From positions 10,371,309-10,435,308 of the forward strand of contig CM082591.2 of the NCBI GenBank assembly GCA_040954595.2: a DNA stretch of 64,000 nt, written 5' to 3'. The translations under genes and the position numbers were made by a program. The stretch is from Balanoglossus misakiensis (Eukaryota; Animalia; Hemichordata). The notes beneath the pieces were generated by a model. It had not been told where the DNA came from and searched no databases. It saw only the letters and a program-made list of their open reading frames with translations. This document shows, in pieces, positions 24,754 through 37,592 of the stretch (its first letter is position 1; every line of letters begins with the position of its first letter).

Positions 24754-25604
24754 TTAAGATCCTAGTTACCAGGATGTCATTATATGCCATGGACTTTAAT
24801 AAAGTAGAAACCCACAAAACAAAACGTCTGGATTGTATCACTTTTGAGACAATGTTCTGGGAGCGCTTCGTGAATAGCGTCATGCAAAATGAAATTTGAA
24901 AGTGAGATTTTCACGTCTATATATTCATAGAGAAGAGTAACATTTACGGGGTTTTAACGCTTTATTATTAATAGTTTGCAGCTAGCTTTACAATAGGCCA
25001 TTGTTTCAAATAGTATGTTCCAACTGTTCACTGAAAATGAGCACACCATAATTGTATATTTAGCAGGGACAAATCACGGTCTAAGGTCTACACGCGATCT
25101 CTAAGGAAATAATTAATGAAATATAAAGAAAATTCATGGGAGAGATAAAGTAAACTGTCATGGCCAAACCAACGCTAATTTCTTCATTATTGTATTTCGT
25201 CATTCATAATTTTTGATGAAAGTTACCTCTGCCTGAATGTCGCATTGTGTATGGTCTGTGATTTTAGAAATGTGACAACTGCTTACGATTTCCACTATTC
25301 ATTTTCTTCGCAGCCATTGTTAGTTACATCCCAAAGTTATTTCTAGCAGTTTTGGCTGACCCAAACCGACTCCATTGTCTTTTGGGATAATTAAAGTCGA
25401 GAGTATTGAATATTCGGAAATACTATACGTCTGAAAGTGTTAGTAATGTGAACGGATTTGCGCACATAACCAAATTTAATAATATAGGGTCTAGCGCACG
25501 ATTAACTTTCAAGTTCGATGACTCAAGCTGAAAGAATGAAACTCATCATTCAAGTACATGTACTGCTGTTATGCTACGGTAGTTCTCTTTTTGGAGTATG
25601 TGGT

Positions 25605-25620
25605 GGCCCTGAAAAGGGCC
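25605..25620 (-). terminator. Replication-dependent histone 3' stem-loop with downstream element (copy B at 43459-43474)
   Basis: Minus strand AAAC-GGCCCTTTTCAGGGCC-ACCA followed by purine-rich CAAAAAGAGAACT. Confidence 0.9.
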
Positions 25621-25651
25621 GTTTTGTTTGGGTTTGGAAAGGGACGCTGCT

Positions 25652-25990
<339 letters not shown>

Positions 25991-26283
25991 CTAATGTCCG
26001 CTCCACAATTTCACTCCCTGAATATAGCCGGATTACGAACGGGTAAGCGAACACCGTGAAACATTTACAGCTTGTGGAAATTTGCAAATCAATGCATCTT
26101 CACATGAACTACATTTACATTGGGCGATTATAGAATTTGGAGTACACAATCAGAACACACTGCCAACAAAAGAAACTACACTTCATATATCATGGGACAA
26201 ACAAAAAGCGAAAGAGCGTGCCTCCGGCCAAAGACTTCTATTAATATACCTGTTTGAACCATTCATAATTCATGTAATGTTTC

Positions 26284-27446
26284 GTTTATTTTCAAATTAA
26301 TTCATGCATATTCTGCAGTACACTTTGAAGCCACCGTTCCATTTTCTGTTTTCTCGCAAAAGAAATAAAAATGGACAATATTTTTATGCATTGGCACCCA
26401 AGAAAATCATGAACTGTTTTATCACATTGATGTTTTTATTTCGAACGGAAAGTTGCGATGTTATATAATTAAATGAACCCGTCTTTCAGAGATTTGTAAT
26501 TCGAGGCGATATGTACATGTCTTTTAGGAGCTGGGAAAAGTAAAAAAGTATAACTTTGGCGAGGTAACTCAAATCTTCACTTTACCTCATGTGCTGCAGT
26601 TCTATAACAGAACAGAAATTGCGTCGAAGCTCATAGGGGCAACAAGCTCCAGTATTTTACTTGTATATAGGAAGCGCCCGAAATCTGGAAAAAAAATACC
26701 AGGCCGTCGTGATTTTCTAGCTTTATTGAAAAGGGTCTTGTTACGAATACCGCGCTTGTTCTACCCACATTTGCCATTGCGCGTGCGCCACATCAATTAT
26801 ACACTTCTGGTAGAGAAGCTTCAGGGGAGAGTGGCCTAAGATCAGACCCCCTGTCAATCAACAGTAGTTTGCATCTCTCTCAGTCAGTACTTTCTGCCTA
26901 TGTTAATTTCGGGAATCAAACATAATAATAATAATATTTATTTCTTATAGAGCCCATTACATTTTTAAAAATCTCAATGCGCTTTACACAACACTAAAAT
27001 GCATAATAAAATTGCAAAAGACACTAAAAACCTCACAGAGACATTAAATTAAAAAAAAAAAACATCTCTAGGAATAAAATGATCTAAAAAGATAAGTTTT
27101 AACTGGCTTCTAAAATGTCTACAAGAATTGACGAGCCTTATCTGAGAAGGTAACGCGTCCCACAAATTCCACGTACTGAAAACGCTCTATTGCCATATAA
27201 AGCTGTGTTGAGGACTGGCTGACGTAAAATGATAGCACCCAAGACTGGGACCTAAGTGTACGGCCTGTATGACATACTGTAAGCGTTTCTGCTAGAAAAA
27301 TCTGGCCAGTACGGGGCTCGAACCCGCGACATTCGCGTTATTAGCACGACGCTCTAACCAACTGAGCTAACCGGCCATGCTTAGAAGCATTAATACACTT
27401 GAAATCATTATCTCAAAAAGACATCGCAAGATTCGATTTCCACAAT
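26284..27446 (-). repeat. Left arm of an older, diverged ~1.1-kb inverted repeat containing tRNA-Ile
   Basis: Reverse complement aligns, with many substitutions and indels, to 29673-30777. Confidence 0.85.
27303..27376 (-). tRNA. trnI: tRNA-Ile(AAT), intact
   Basis: GGCCGGTTAGCTCAGTTGGTTAGAGCGTCGTGCTAATAACGCGAATGTCGCGGGTTCGAGCCCCGTACTGGCCA. All stems pair, A and B boxes present, T5 terminator 2 nt downstream. Confidence 0.95.
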
Positions 27447-28227
27447 CCTCCAAAAAGAGAACTAACAACTTTAGTCTATTTTTTTTAAATAATAAATATT
27501 TGACTCTGTTTTCGGCCAACAAACTTACAAATTCCCATCACAGCCAATGCTTGAAAACACGATTTTGAAGAAATTAAATCGCTATTACACAAGTGTATGA
27601 CATTAACTGATGCATGTATTACGGCAGTCTATATTTTCGTGTACTCTCTGGCGTGTTGGCATGGAAACACTGGTCATAGTTTCTCCCAGCCGAGCAGCAA
27701 CAACATGATGCCAATAATGTTTCAGTTGTACATGTATTTTAGGATCCGAGTCACCAGGATGTCATTGAAGCCATGGACTTTCATATTCCACAAACCCACT
27801 AAAGAGAACGTGAGGATGTTTATCACCTTTGAGACAATGTTCTAGTTCCCCCGCGTGGGGGCGCAGATGGGGTATTGGGGGTGTGGATGGCTAGGTACAA
27901 TAGACTCCCGTGTTGACTTTCTTCGCAGGCGAGGCACCAAATAAAATCGCTGATCGACATGATCGCGACACAAGAACTTACTATCAACTACAGCATTTGT
28001 CCATTTAAAGGTAAACTGACATGCTGATGATATTTGACATCATCGAAGTGTGCATTTACTTTTCATGAATGCACCATTGATTCATGAAATGAAGATTCGT
28101 GCAGTGGGTGGTCTGAACTACATTAATTTGAAGACTTCTCTCATACAATGCGTGAAACCATTAATAATTCTTGATGAATGTATATCATCACTCGGCCTGA
28201 ATGTTGCCTCATTCCAACAGCGTCTCT

Positions 28228-28826
28228 TTTTAGTTCTGCTGTCACTTGTGTTAGCTGAGCTGTAGCAGTAGGTTGATAAGTGTCCGTCCGTCGTCCGTCC
28301 GTCCGTCCGGCGTCCGGCGTCTGTCAACTTTTGGTATTTCAATCTTCTTCTTTAAAACAACTTGGCATATTTAGCTGAAATTTGGTTGGAATGTGTGTTA
28401 TGGTGCCCTAACTGATTTTGTTAATTTGGATTTGATGGGGTCATGAATATGCAAATTAGATCTAAAAATATATTTTTGGTAAACAATCTTCTTCTCCCTA
28501 ACTACATATACGATAGAGCTGAAATTTGGTAGGAATGTGTGTTATGGTGCCCCTACCTGATTTTGTTAATTGGAATTTTGATGGGGTCATGAATATGCAA
28601 ATTAGAACCTTGGTGCTTCCTTTTAATGTTGTTCTTTAGGATTCGATTCTTTCTTTCTTTAGCACAATGAATCAAGCTGAATTTGGATAAATACTTGTGA
28701 TGTCTATGTTTGGTTTTGTTCAATAGAATACAATTGTTATGAATTAAAACCTAGGGTATTCATATCATTGCCCAGGTTACACTGTTAAAGTCAGCAGAGC
28801 TCTTTTGACCGATAGATCACTTGTTA
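28228..28826 (+). mobile_element. Second HINE/DINE-1-like element (copies at 46079-46677, inverted 51734-52332, partial inverted 30933-31230)
   Basis: T-run, then subTIR AGTTCTGCTG, short IR TAGCTGAGCT, (GTCC)n microsatellite, ~143-bp internal tandem duplication, 3' subTIR CAGCAGAGCT and a small hairpin. The paralogous spacer at ~58890-58925 lacks it. Confidence 0.7.
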
Positions 28827-29672
28827 TTGAATGTCACATTGTGGATGGTCTGCTATTTTAAAAAAGCTGATAACTGCTTACGATTTCCACTATTGTCACC
28901 CAGCCCAGCCATTGTCATTCAGAAAACACTCTCATAGGTGTTTCAAGAAGTTTTGACTAACCAATGTTGGCCATCGTATGCTTAAAAAGACGGTACTACC
29001 AAATTTCCTAGTACAACATGTTTTACAAATCACCTTAGTAAAACTCCATTGTCTTTTGAGGGATAACTATTGTCGAAAGTATTGAGTTTTCGGAATTAAT
29101 ATACACTGTACCTTGGGAAGTGTCAATTATATTAACGGATTCCTTGTCATTCAGTAACAGTACTAAAGGTGTGTCAAGAAGTTGTTGTTGGCGAATTCTG
29201 AATACATGTACACAGTGTTAACTAATGAATATTTGCTCATGTTGTAAGAATAAATCACAGCTTCACGTGATTCATGGAAATATTAAAAATGGCGTAATTC
29301 AATGTTAACGTAATCACGAAGTTCGTTCCCTTTCTCTGTTTCATATGATGGAATTTCAGTTGCACGTGACAATGTTCATGACAGATTCAGGTAGCACAAT
29401 CATGAAATTGCAAATGTTTCTACGGCCACGGAATCTGATAGTCATACATGTACTAGCTTAAATTGATTGTTGCAATATAATGATGTACGTGCATACAGTC
29501 TCCCACACTGCCAATAAGCGCGTCATTGTGGAAAATTCACACATGTCTGCTAAAGTCACTCACACTCCATGCTCTAACGAAGGGGGTTTGAATCCTAATT
29601 AACACTATCAGGAGTGTCACTGAATAACAATGGCTGACAGTCCAGCATGCGATGGCTTTGAAGGAAAAATGA

Positions 29673-30777
29673 ATTGTAGAAATCGAATCTTGCGATGTCT
29701 TTTTGAAATAACCATTTCCAGCGAATTAATTTCAATAAGCAACGGCGCTCCTAAGCATGGCCGGTTAGATCAGTTGGTTAGAGCGTCATGCTAATAACGC
29801 GAATGTCGCGGGTTCGAGCCCCATACTGGCCAGATTTACACAGCTTTATATGGCAACAGAGCGTTTCCTGTATGTGGAATTTGTGGAACATGTTACCTTC
29901 TCAGATAAGGCTAGTCAATTTTTATATCATGTATATAGAAGGCAGTTAAAAGTCATCTTTTCAGAACATTTTATTCCTAGACATGTTTTTTTCAATTTTC
30001 TGTCTCTAGATTGTTTTAATGTCGACGTCTTTCGCAATTTTATTATTCATTTTAGTGTTGTGTAAAGCGCATTGTGATTATTTTTTAATGTAATGCGCTC
30101 TATAAGAAATAAAAAATGTTATTATTATTATGTTTGATTATCGGAATTAACATACGCAGTAAATACTGACTGAGAGAGATGCAAACTACTCTTGATCGAC
30201 AGACGGTCTGATCTTAGGCCGCTACCCCTGAAACTTCTTTACCAGAAGTGTATAATTTATGTGGCGCACGCGCAATGCCAAATGTGGGTAGAACAAGCGC
30301 GGTATTCGTAACAAGACCCTTTTCAATAAAGCTAGAAAATCACGACGGCCTGGCATATGTTTCCAGATTTCGTGCGCTTCCTATATATAAGTAAAATACT
30401 GAAGCTTGTTGTCCCTATGAGCTTCGACGCAATGTGTACTGTTATAGAACCGCAGTAAATGAGGTAAAGTGAAGATTTGATTTACCTCGCCAAAGGTAGG
30501 CTTTATTATATTCCCAGCTCCTAAAAGACATGTACATATCGCCTCGAATTACAAATCTCTGAAAGACGGGTTCATTTAATCATATAACATCGCAATTTTT
30601 TGTTCGAAATTAAATCATAACTGTGATAAGAACATAACTGTGATAAAACATGATTTTCTTGGGTGCCTATGCATAATAATATTGTCCATTTTTATTTTTT
30701 TTGCGAGAGCACAGAAAATGAAAGCGGTGGCTTCCTAGTGCACTGAAAAATATGCATGAATTAATTTGAAAATAAAC
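29673..30777 (+). repeat. Right arm of the older inverted repeat containing tRNA-Ile
   Basis: Reverse-complement partner of 26284-27446. Confidence 0.85.
29759..29832 (+). tRNA. trnI: tRNA-Ile(AAT), probable pseudogene
   Basis: Same sequence with mismatches in the D-stem (GATC), anticodon stem (TCATG) and T-stem (CCCAT). Only T3 downstream. Confidence 0.85.
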
Positions 30778-30932
30778 ACTACAGCCCAGGGTGCGCTCTC
30801 TTTGTCCGATATTTCCGTCCCTACTTTCATGGCCTCATGAATAATGTATGAGGCGATTTGTTACCGGCAATGGAACGTTCGCCAGATACAACAACATGAA
30901 AATGCCGGTAAGTATTACAAGACATTAAACGC

Positions 30933-31831
30933 ATTTCAGCTCTATCGTATATGTAGTTAGGGAGAAGAAGATTGTTTACCAAAAATCTATTTTTAGATCT
31001 AATTTGCATATTCATGACCCCATCAAATCCAAATTAACAAAATCAGTTAGGGCACCATAACACACATTCCAACCAAATTTCAGCTAAATATGCCAAGTTG
31101 TTTTAAAGAAGAAGATTGAAATACCAAAAGTTGACAGACGCCGGACGCCGGACGGACGGACGGACGACGGACGGACACTTATCAACCTACTGCTACAGCT
31201 CAGCTAACACAAGTGACAGCAGAACTAAAAAGAGACGCTGTTGGAATGAGGCAACATTCAGGCCGAGTGATGATATACATTCATCAAGAATTATTAATGG
31301 TTTCACGCATTGTATGAGAGAAGTCTTCAAATTAATGTAGTTCAGACCACCCACTGCACGAATCTTCATTTCATGAATCAATGGTGCATTCATGAAAAGT
31401 AAATGCACACTTCGATGATGTCAAATATCATCAGCATGTCAGTTTACCTTTAAATGGACAAATGCTGTAGTTGATAGTAAGTTCTTGTGTCGCGATCATG
31501 TCGATCAGCGATTTTATTTGGTGCCTCGCCTGCGAAGAAAGTCAACACGGGAGTCTATTGTACCTAGCCATCCACACCCCCAATACCCCATCTGCGCCCC
31601 CACGCGGGGGAACTAGAACATTGTCTCAAAGGTGATAAACATCCTCACGTTCTCTTTAGTGGGTTTGTGGAATATGAAAGTCCATGGCTTCAATGACATC
31701 CTGGTGACTCGGATCCTAAAATACATGTACAACTGAAACATTATTGGCATCATAATGTTGCTGCTCGGCTGGGAGAAACTATGACCAGTGTTTCCATGCC
31801 AACACGCCAGAGAGTACACGAAAATATAGAC
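30933..31831 (-). repeat. Inverted 899-bp copy of 27627-28525 between the two duplicated blocks
   Basis: Exact-length reverse complement. Left junction has ATTT microhomology; right junction has one untemplated C (31832). Confidence 0.92.
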
Positions 31832-31832
31832 C

Positions 31833-32726
31833 ATTCTCCATCTCGGGTTCCGTGTGTGTGTCCTGCTACACCCTGTCATCTGCTCGGTTCCACGACAGGA
31901 CACTCCAACTAGGCTATCGTCATAGTCCCCAGATAACACGGACTGTCTGGTGATGCATTGCAACCGAGGGTCTTGTTGTGTGACAGGAAAGCAAGTTTAT
32001 CAGAAAAAGACATTTATTCTGTTTATGTGTGTGTCTGTGTGTGTGCGTGCGTGCGCGCGCGCATAAGAGGGGATATTTTACATGCTTATCATGATATCAT
32101 ACGATATTTCGACAAAACGACAACGACTTGTTCATGTCAAACTTGTCAAAACATAGTCCTCTTGCGATTAGGCGTATGTACCAAACTAATGCATCAAAAT
32201 ATGTATTACGTCTACTTTAAATGACGTATTCATAAGGATTACATTTCCAAGTCTACTCACTTCTGTAGTCCATGCACTCGGAGCAAGTGCAATGATTATT
32301 TGTATTACCACACCAATCTTTAGGTGAACGGCACGGATATTCACCATCCGGATCACACTCTGCCGGACTGCCATCGGGAAGGGGGTAGTTTTCTCCACAC
32401 CTTCGGTCATCTCGCCATGTCTTGTGACCGTCTGATGGATCGATGCCATAATATTTGAAAATAAAGTCAACCTCATACATACGCATTTACAGTTACACAC
32501 CGGAAACATACCTTTAGTAAACGCATAAGTTTCGCTAATACCATTAATAATTCTCATAATAGTTTTTTTGTATAAAAACATTGCTGAATGAAAACGATGA
32601 ATGTATGTAGTGTGTGAAAATTGCTTATTGTAAGTTGAATGTTTAATGTAGTGTATACTCACATGTCGCATAAGTTAATGCTGAGAAAAGAACGAACAGT
32701 GTAATAGGACCAAATGAAACCATCAT
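31833..32726 (-). pseudogene. 3'-truncated duplicate of the secreted Cys-rich gene (exons 1, 2 and part of 3)
   Basis: Duplicate of 13740-14633; the breakpoint falls inside exon 3. Confidence 0.8.
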
Positions 32727-33209
32727 GTCGATGAGTCTCCAAACATAGGATATGTTCGCGACTACATACATTCAGGTGGAATGGGCCTGTTTTTAAAGGC
32801 TACCAACGAATGAAATTTGAACAGACGAATTCCATACTTTCCAATAACATACTAAGTCAATGGACGAAAACAGTTTGCGGTCCGGATGTTTTTGAAGAAT
32901 ATTGACAAACCCTATAGAAGTATGAAGTAGGGGTTCGTATGTGTGGGATAGGATAGGCAGTCCCCTACCGTTTGTCGAGTCATCGATTTTTTTCGTGTTC
33001 TGCTCCGAAACCATGGGTAATGTTGGATCAAGCGAATTGAAACTTTGTCAAGCGGAAGTTAAAGCTAGTAAATACACATTTCCAATCTCGTTCAACAGTT
33101 ACTAAGGAAAAAGCTTATTGAAATTTAATCAAGAGGAATAAATAGTGCTAATTTATGGCTTCTACGAAAAAATGCCCCCCCCCCCTCCCCCTTTTTTTCC
33201 AATGTACAT

Positions 33210-33660
33210 ATTTATCATCAGACTTCCGTGCCAATTGCTTCGAATGGATGCACGAACAGTGTGAACCGTAAGCTGATGTTGTGTTTGCCATCTCTATGGG
33301 CTATGTGCCCCCAATATATTGTTACCGAGGTCAGCTGCAACAAAGTCTCAGTGTTTTTTAGTGGTTATTATCCCTAATGACCTTCTACGCTGACCTTTGC
33401 CTATTACATGTATCTTCACCAAACCCTTGACAGAATGACAGATTGGGATCCTGGTATCGGCTGATCACCAAGTGTTATGCTGACTTCATGTCTACCACCA
33501 ACATCTACGCGAATTCTCAGACTGTTTGTACCATCTCTGTCATCAACAACTCCAATGTCTTCTTGTGACCCATCTTCTTTGCAGATCTTTGCTCTGATTG
33601 CTTTGCATGGTGTGACAGGTTTCCCTTTTCTGTCGTAGAGGGCAGTGGATCATATATGTT
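33210..33660 (-). pseudogene. TRIM-NHL filamin/NHL fragment, copy B
   Basis: Duplicate of 15110-15560. Confidence 0.55.
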
Positions 33661-36628
33661 TGTCCCGGCTGTTTTGTCTCCAAACCTTTCATTTGTATAT
33701 GTGCGTGTACATTATAACGTTTGATGAGTCCTCGTGAAATCGAAGAAGAAAACAGGATTTTCACCGACTTGTTTTCGTGAAAATCACTACTTTAACATCG
33801 CCGTAAGCTACGAGCCTCTTTGCGGCAACAGTTACTACGTTGTCAGACGAGGAGCGAGAATGGCGGTCATTAGACTTAAACTGACAGAGAATCCATCGAA
33901 AACCAAAACTTTTACTGTAGCCATTACGTGTGACATCTTTGAGTCCATCGCTGTATTTACACATAGTCACTTTCTTTGGCTTTGTAATATAACAATTATT
34001 GACAACATACAATACTTTCTAATCCACAGGTGAAACCCATACTCCCAATTTAACCTTCTTAAGTAGACAGTTGCGTGAAGGATATCGGATGCCAAAGCCT
34101 GACCGTTGCACAGACGACATGTATGGTGTACAATGTAATTAGACATTGCTGGAAGGCAGACCCGGATGAGAGACACGCAGCCACTGGTGTTATAAATAAC
34201 ATATCCAGACTGCAACAAAGTCTAGACCTGCCTAGATGTTGCCCGTAAACATGGTGACCAGAAGCCCCCCAAAACTTGAGTAAGTGTACTGCACAGGAAG
34301 GAACATTACTACCGCGTGGTCGTCATATATCATTCGGTGGATCATTCAAATTTTACCATTTGAAAGGAGATGACCCTGATTGACGTAATAGTATATCGAT
34401 ATATTGTAAGTTAACAACATTGATTTTAGTCACCGACACTCCATCAAACATGTTTTATTGAGACAGTCGTAAGATGCTCAAATAAAAACATCGATGACAG
34501 TGTCCTGCAACTCACCAGGGGGCACAGATTGCCGATCCGAAACCGACAGCCGAATGAAATCACCGACCACAATGAGAAAAATCAAACAAGTCCAACATAA
34601 CCGTCACAACTTCTTAGAATCTGCCAAGCTTTTCTGTTCATTTTATTCTGGTTTTCAAAAGGATGTCTGTTTTGGGGGGCTATCAGTATCTGCCCACAAA
34701 TCCCACAGCCCCTCCCGCCGTCCATGCTGGCTTATGGTCTGATTGCATGTGTGCCCGGCGAGAGCTACACAACACCACATTTGGCTTCTCCCTTGCTAAG
34801 CGGTTGAGGGCGCGTCAGTGAAGAGCCTTGTAGCGAACCATGGGCTGTTCGAGAGTCTAACACTAAAGCATACACACTTATAGCATTTTAACTCTCTTTC
34901 TTTCGCGAAGTTTTAACTGCATGCCTTTGCCTATTCCATTGTTAACTTTGTGTCGTGTATTGTTATATGAAAAAGTTAAATTATTTTCGGATCCTCCCGT
35001 TATACCCAACAGTAATTTTCAAGCCCTCCCCCCCCACCACCCTTAAAGCTGTCAAACCCACCTTGAATGCATTCTATCCCAGTACCAATTTTTGAGATCG
35101 CTTATCATGATCATGGCATGCACGTTTACGCTACATCTGTTGAAATTGTTTATGGCAATGAGGTAAAAGAAACATATTTTCAGTATGAACAATTGACTTC
35201 AGTGGTGATCTTTTAGAATAGGGGATACTATCAACTCGTTTTATGTTGCGACGGGTTTATTTTGCGAGTTTAAATCCAGACGAAAGTTAACTTGAACCTA
35301 ATTTGGATTGGGGTTGTCCAGTACTGTAGCGTAGCGATGACGGCTAAATGACAATACACGCTGCGCAAATGCTGTTGTACACCGCTGCCTATGCCCTTTA
35401 CAGTTTGGCCGAGTGCGCGCCACCTACGGCCAGAACTGAATATCTGTCATCTGCATTACAACCACGCAGCTATGGCCGCACACCGAATTTGGACATACAT
35501 CTGAAATTATTCAAATGTCAAGTGTTTAAAGGCGGTGTAACAGTTATTGAGACTTAGCTCGTGTTCAAATTAAAATATATCATCTTGAGTCGAATGGCTT
35601 TATTTCACGAGAAAATCATAATACGGAACACGAAAACTGGAAAACGTCAATCCGCAGCTTGTTTGTTGGCAGACAGCCACAATTGTGTTAACTACAAACA
35701 AAATAAGGGGATGGACCCAGTGCACTCCTATAATGATCGATTATATGTAATGCTTATATCATCGAATGATCGATTATAATAATAAAACATCATGTGTGAA
35801 AAGTGCGTGAAGTCACGTTGTCACATCTTGATGGGACGCATTATGAAACTGACAGACATGTGTGCTGACGTTTTTGTCCAATCACCGACGGCGATATAAT
35901 TGTCTTGTATTTTCATCGATAAAATGATTGAAATTATTGTTGGCAAATCGGGTAGGATTCGTACCTTAAACACTTGGCACCACCAAGACCATGATGTATC
36001 TTTAGGCACGCATATAGTAGACCAGGTAAGTCAGACTTAAAAGGTCATTCGAGGTCAATCCAGCCCAAACTCCCACCCCTAATTCTTTGACAATTAATAA
36101 TTACGGATCAAATCAGATAAATGTATATAAAGGGCACGGTATGACCTATAGTGGAGTCGAACAATCCCACTGTAATAAATGCGTAGGTGCCAATTTATAT
36201 ATATTGGTAAGCAAGCAAGGACATGTTACAATACTAGTGACAGCACAGACTGCATAGTATAGAGTCAGAGAACGAACACTTTGCTGCAGAAGTCAGTCTT
36301 TTCTCATTTAAAAGACATTCAAGGTATGTACACAGCTCGTGTAGACAAGACTTGCAGTGGAAAAGTATTGGCTTTGGCAGTTATAGGCCGACATGTATTA
36401 CTAGAGTGTAATTGGCGATATTTTGACGGTAGCGTTATTATGTACAAAAGTCACGCTCACAGAAGTATACTTTACATAAGCTAGCAAATAGACACGGGTA
36501 CTGTATACCTAACTATGGGGTTGAGTTTGCTTCAACAGAACACAGTTTTTTCTGGTATACACCAACGCGCACATTTCTTCGTTTGGGCACTTTCTGGTTA
36601 AAACAGTTAAACAGCGCTGAGTTTTTCA

Positions 36629-37592
36629 ATGGGTCGACTTTTCTCTGGGTTTAGATCCCGAAAACGAATGGCTGATACGGACAAAAATGTTGAAACAGAG
36701 GACAGACAAGGAGTTGGGACCCCTCCTGAGTTATCACACGATAAAGAAAACACTGCCGAAGGTGAAGTAACAGCAACCACTGAAAAGACTGAAGACACTT
36801 CAGCAGATACAGAAGCAGATGAAAAGAAACATAAAGAACCGGCAACTGATGCAGCGGAAGACAACCACTGAAAAGACTGAAGACACTTCAGCAGATACAG
36901 CAGCTGATGAAAAGAAAGATAAAGAACCGGCAACTGATGCAGCGGAAGGTGAAGTAACAACAACCACTGAAAAGACCGTAGAAACGTCAGCAGATGCACC
37001 AGCTGATGAAACAAAAGATAAAGAACCAGCAACTGATGCAGCGGAAGATGAAGTAACAGCAACCACTGATAAGGCTGAAGAAACGCCAGCAGATGCAGCA
37101 GCTGATGAAAAGAAAGATAAAGTACCAGCAACTGACGCAACGGAAGATGAAGTAACAGCAAGCACTGAAAAGACTGTAGAAACGAAAGCATATGCACCAG
37201 CTGATGGAAAGAAAGATGAAGAACCAGCAAATGATGCAGCGGAAGATGAAGTAACAACAACCACTGAAAAGACCGTAGAAACGTCAGCAGATGCACCAGC
37301 AGATGAAAAGAAAGATGAAGAACCAGCAACGGATGCAGCGGAAGATGAAGTAACAGCAACCACTGATAAGGCTGAAGAAACGCCAGCAGATGCAGCAGCT
37401 GATGAAAAGAAAGATAAAGTACCAGCAACTGACGCAGCGGAAGATGAAGTAACAGCAACCACTGAAAAGACTGAAGACACTTCAACAGATGCACCAACGG
37501 ATCAAAGGAAAGCTGAAGGGATAGAAACGGCAGAAGTCACCAAAAACGATGAAGAAACAACACAAACAGCTGATGTTAAAATCGAATCAAAG
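36629..37592 (+). pseudogene. Acidic 33-aa-repeat protein exon, copy B (one more repeat unit)
   Basis: Same N-terminus and the same 11-nt deletion; 964 vs 865 nt (+99). Confidence 0.7.

Noticed and set aside
27842-27862. Minus-strand hairpin CCCCCACGCGGGGG followed by CTAG, like a Helitron 3' end
   Set aside because: Not followed by the expected T, and no 5' TC end identified.
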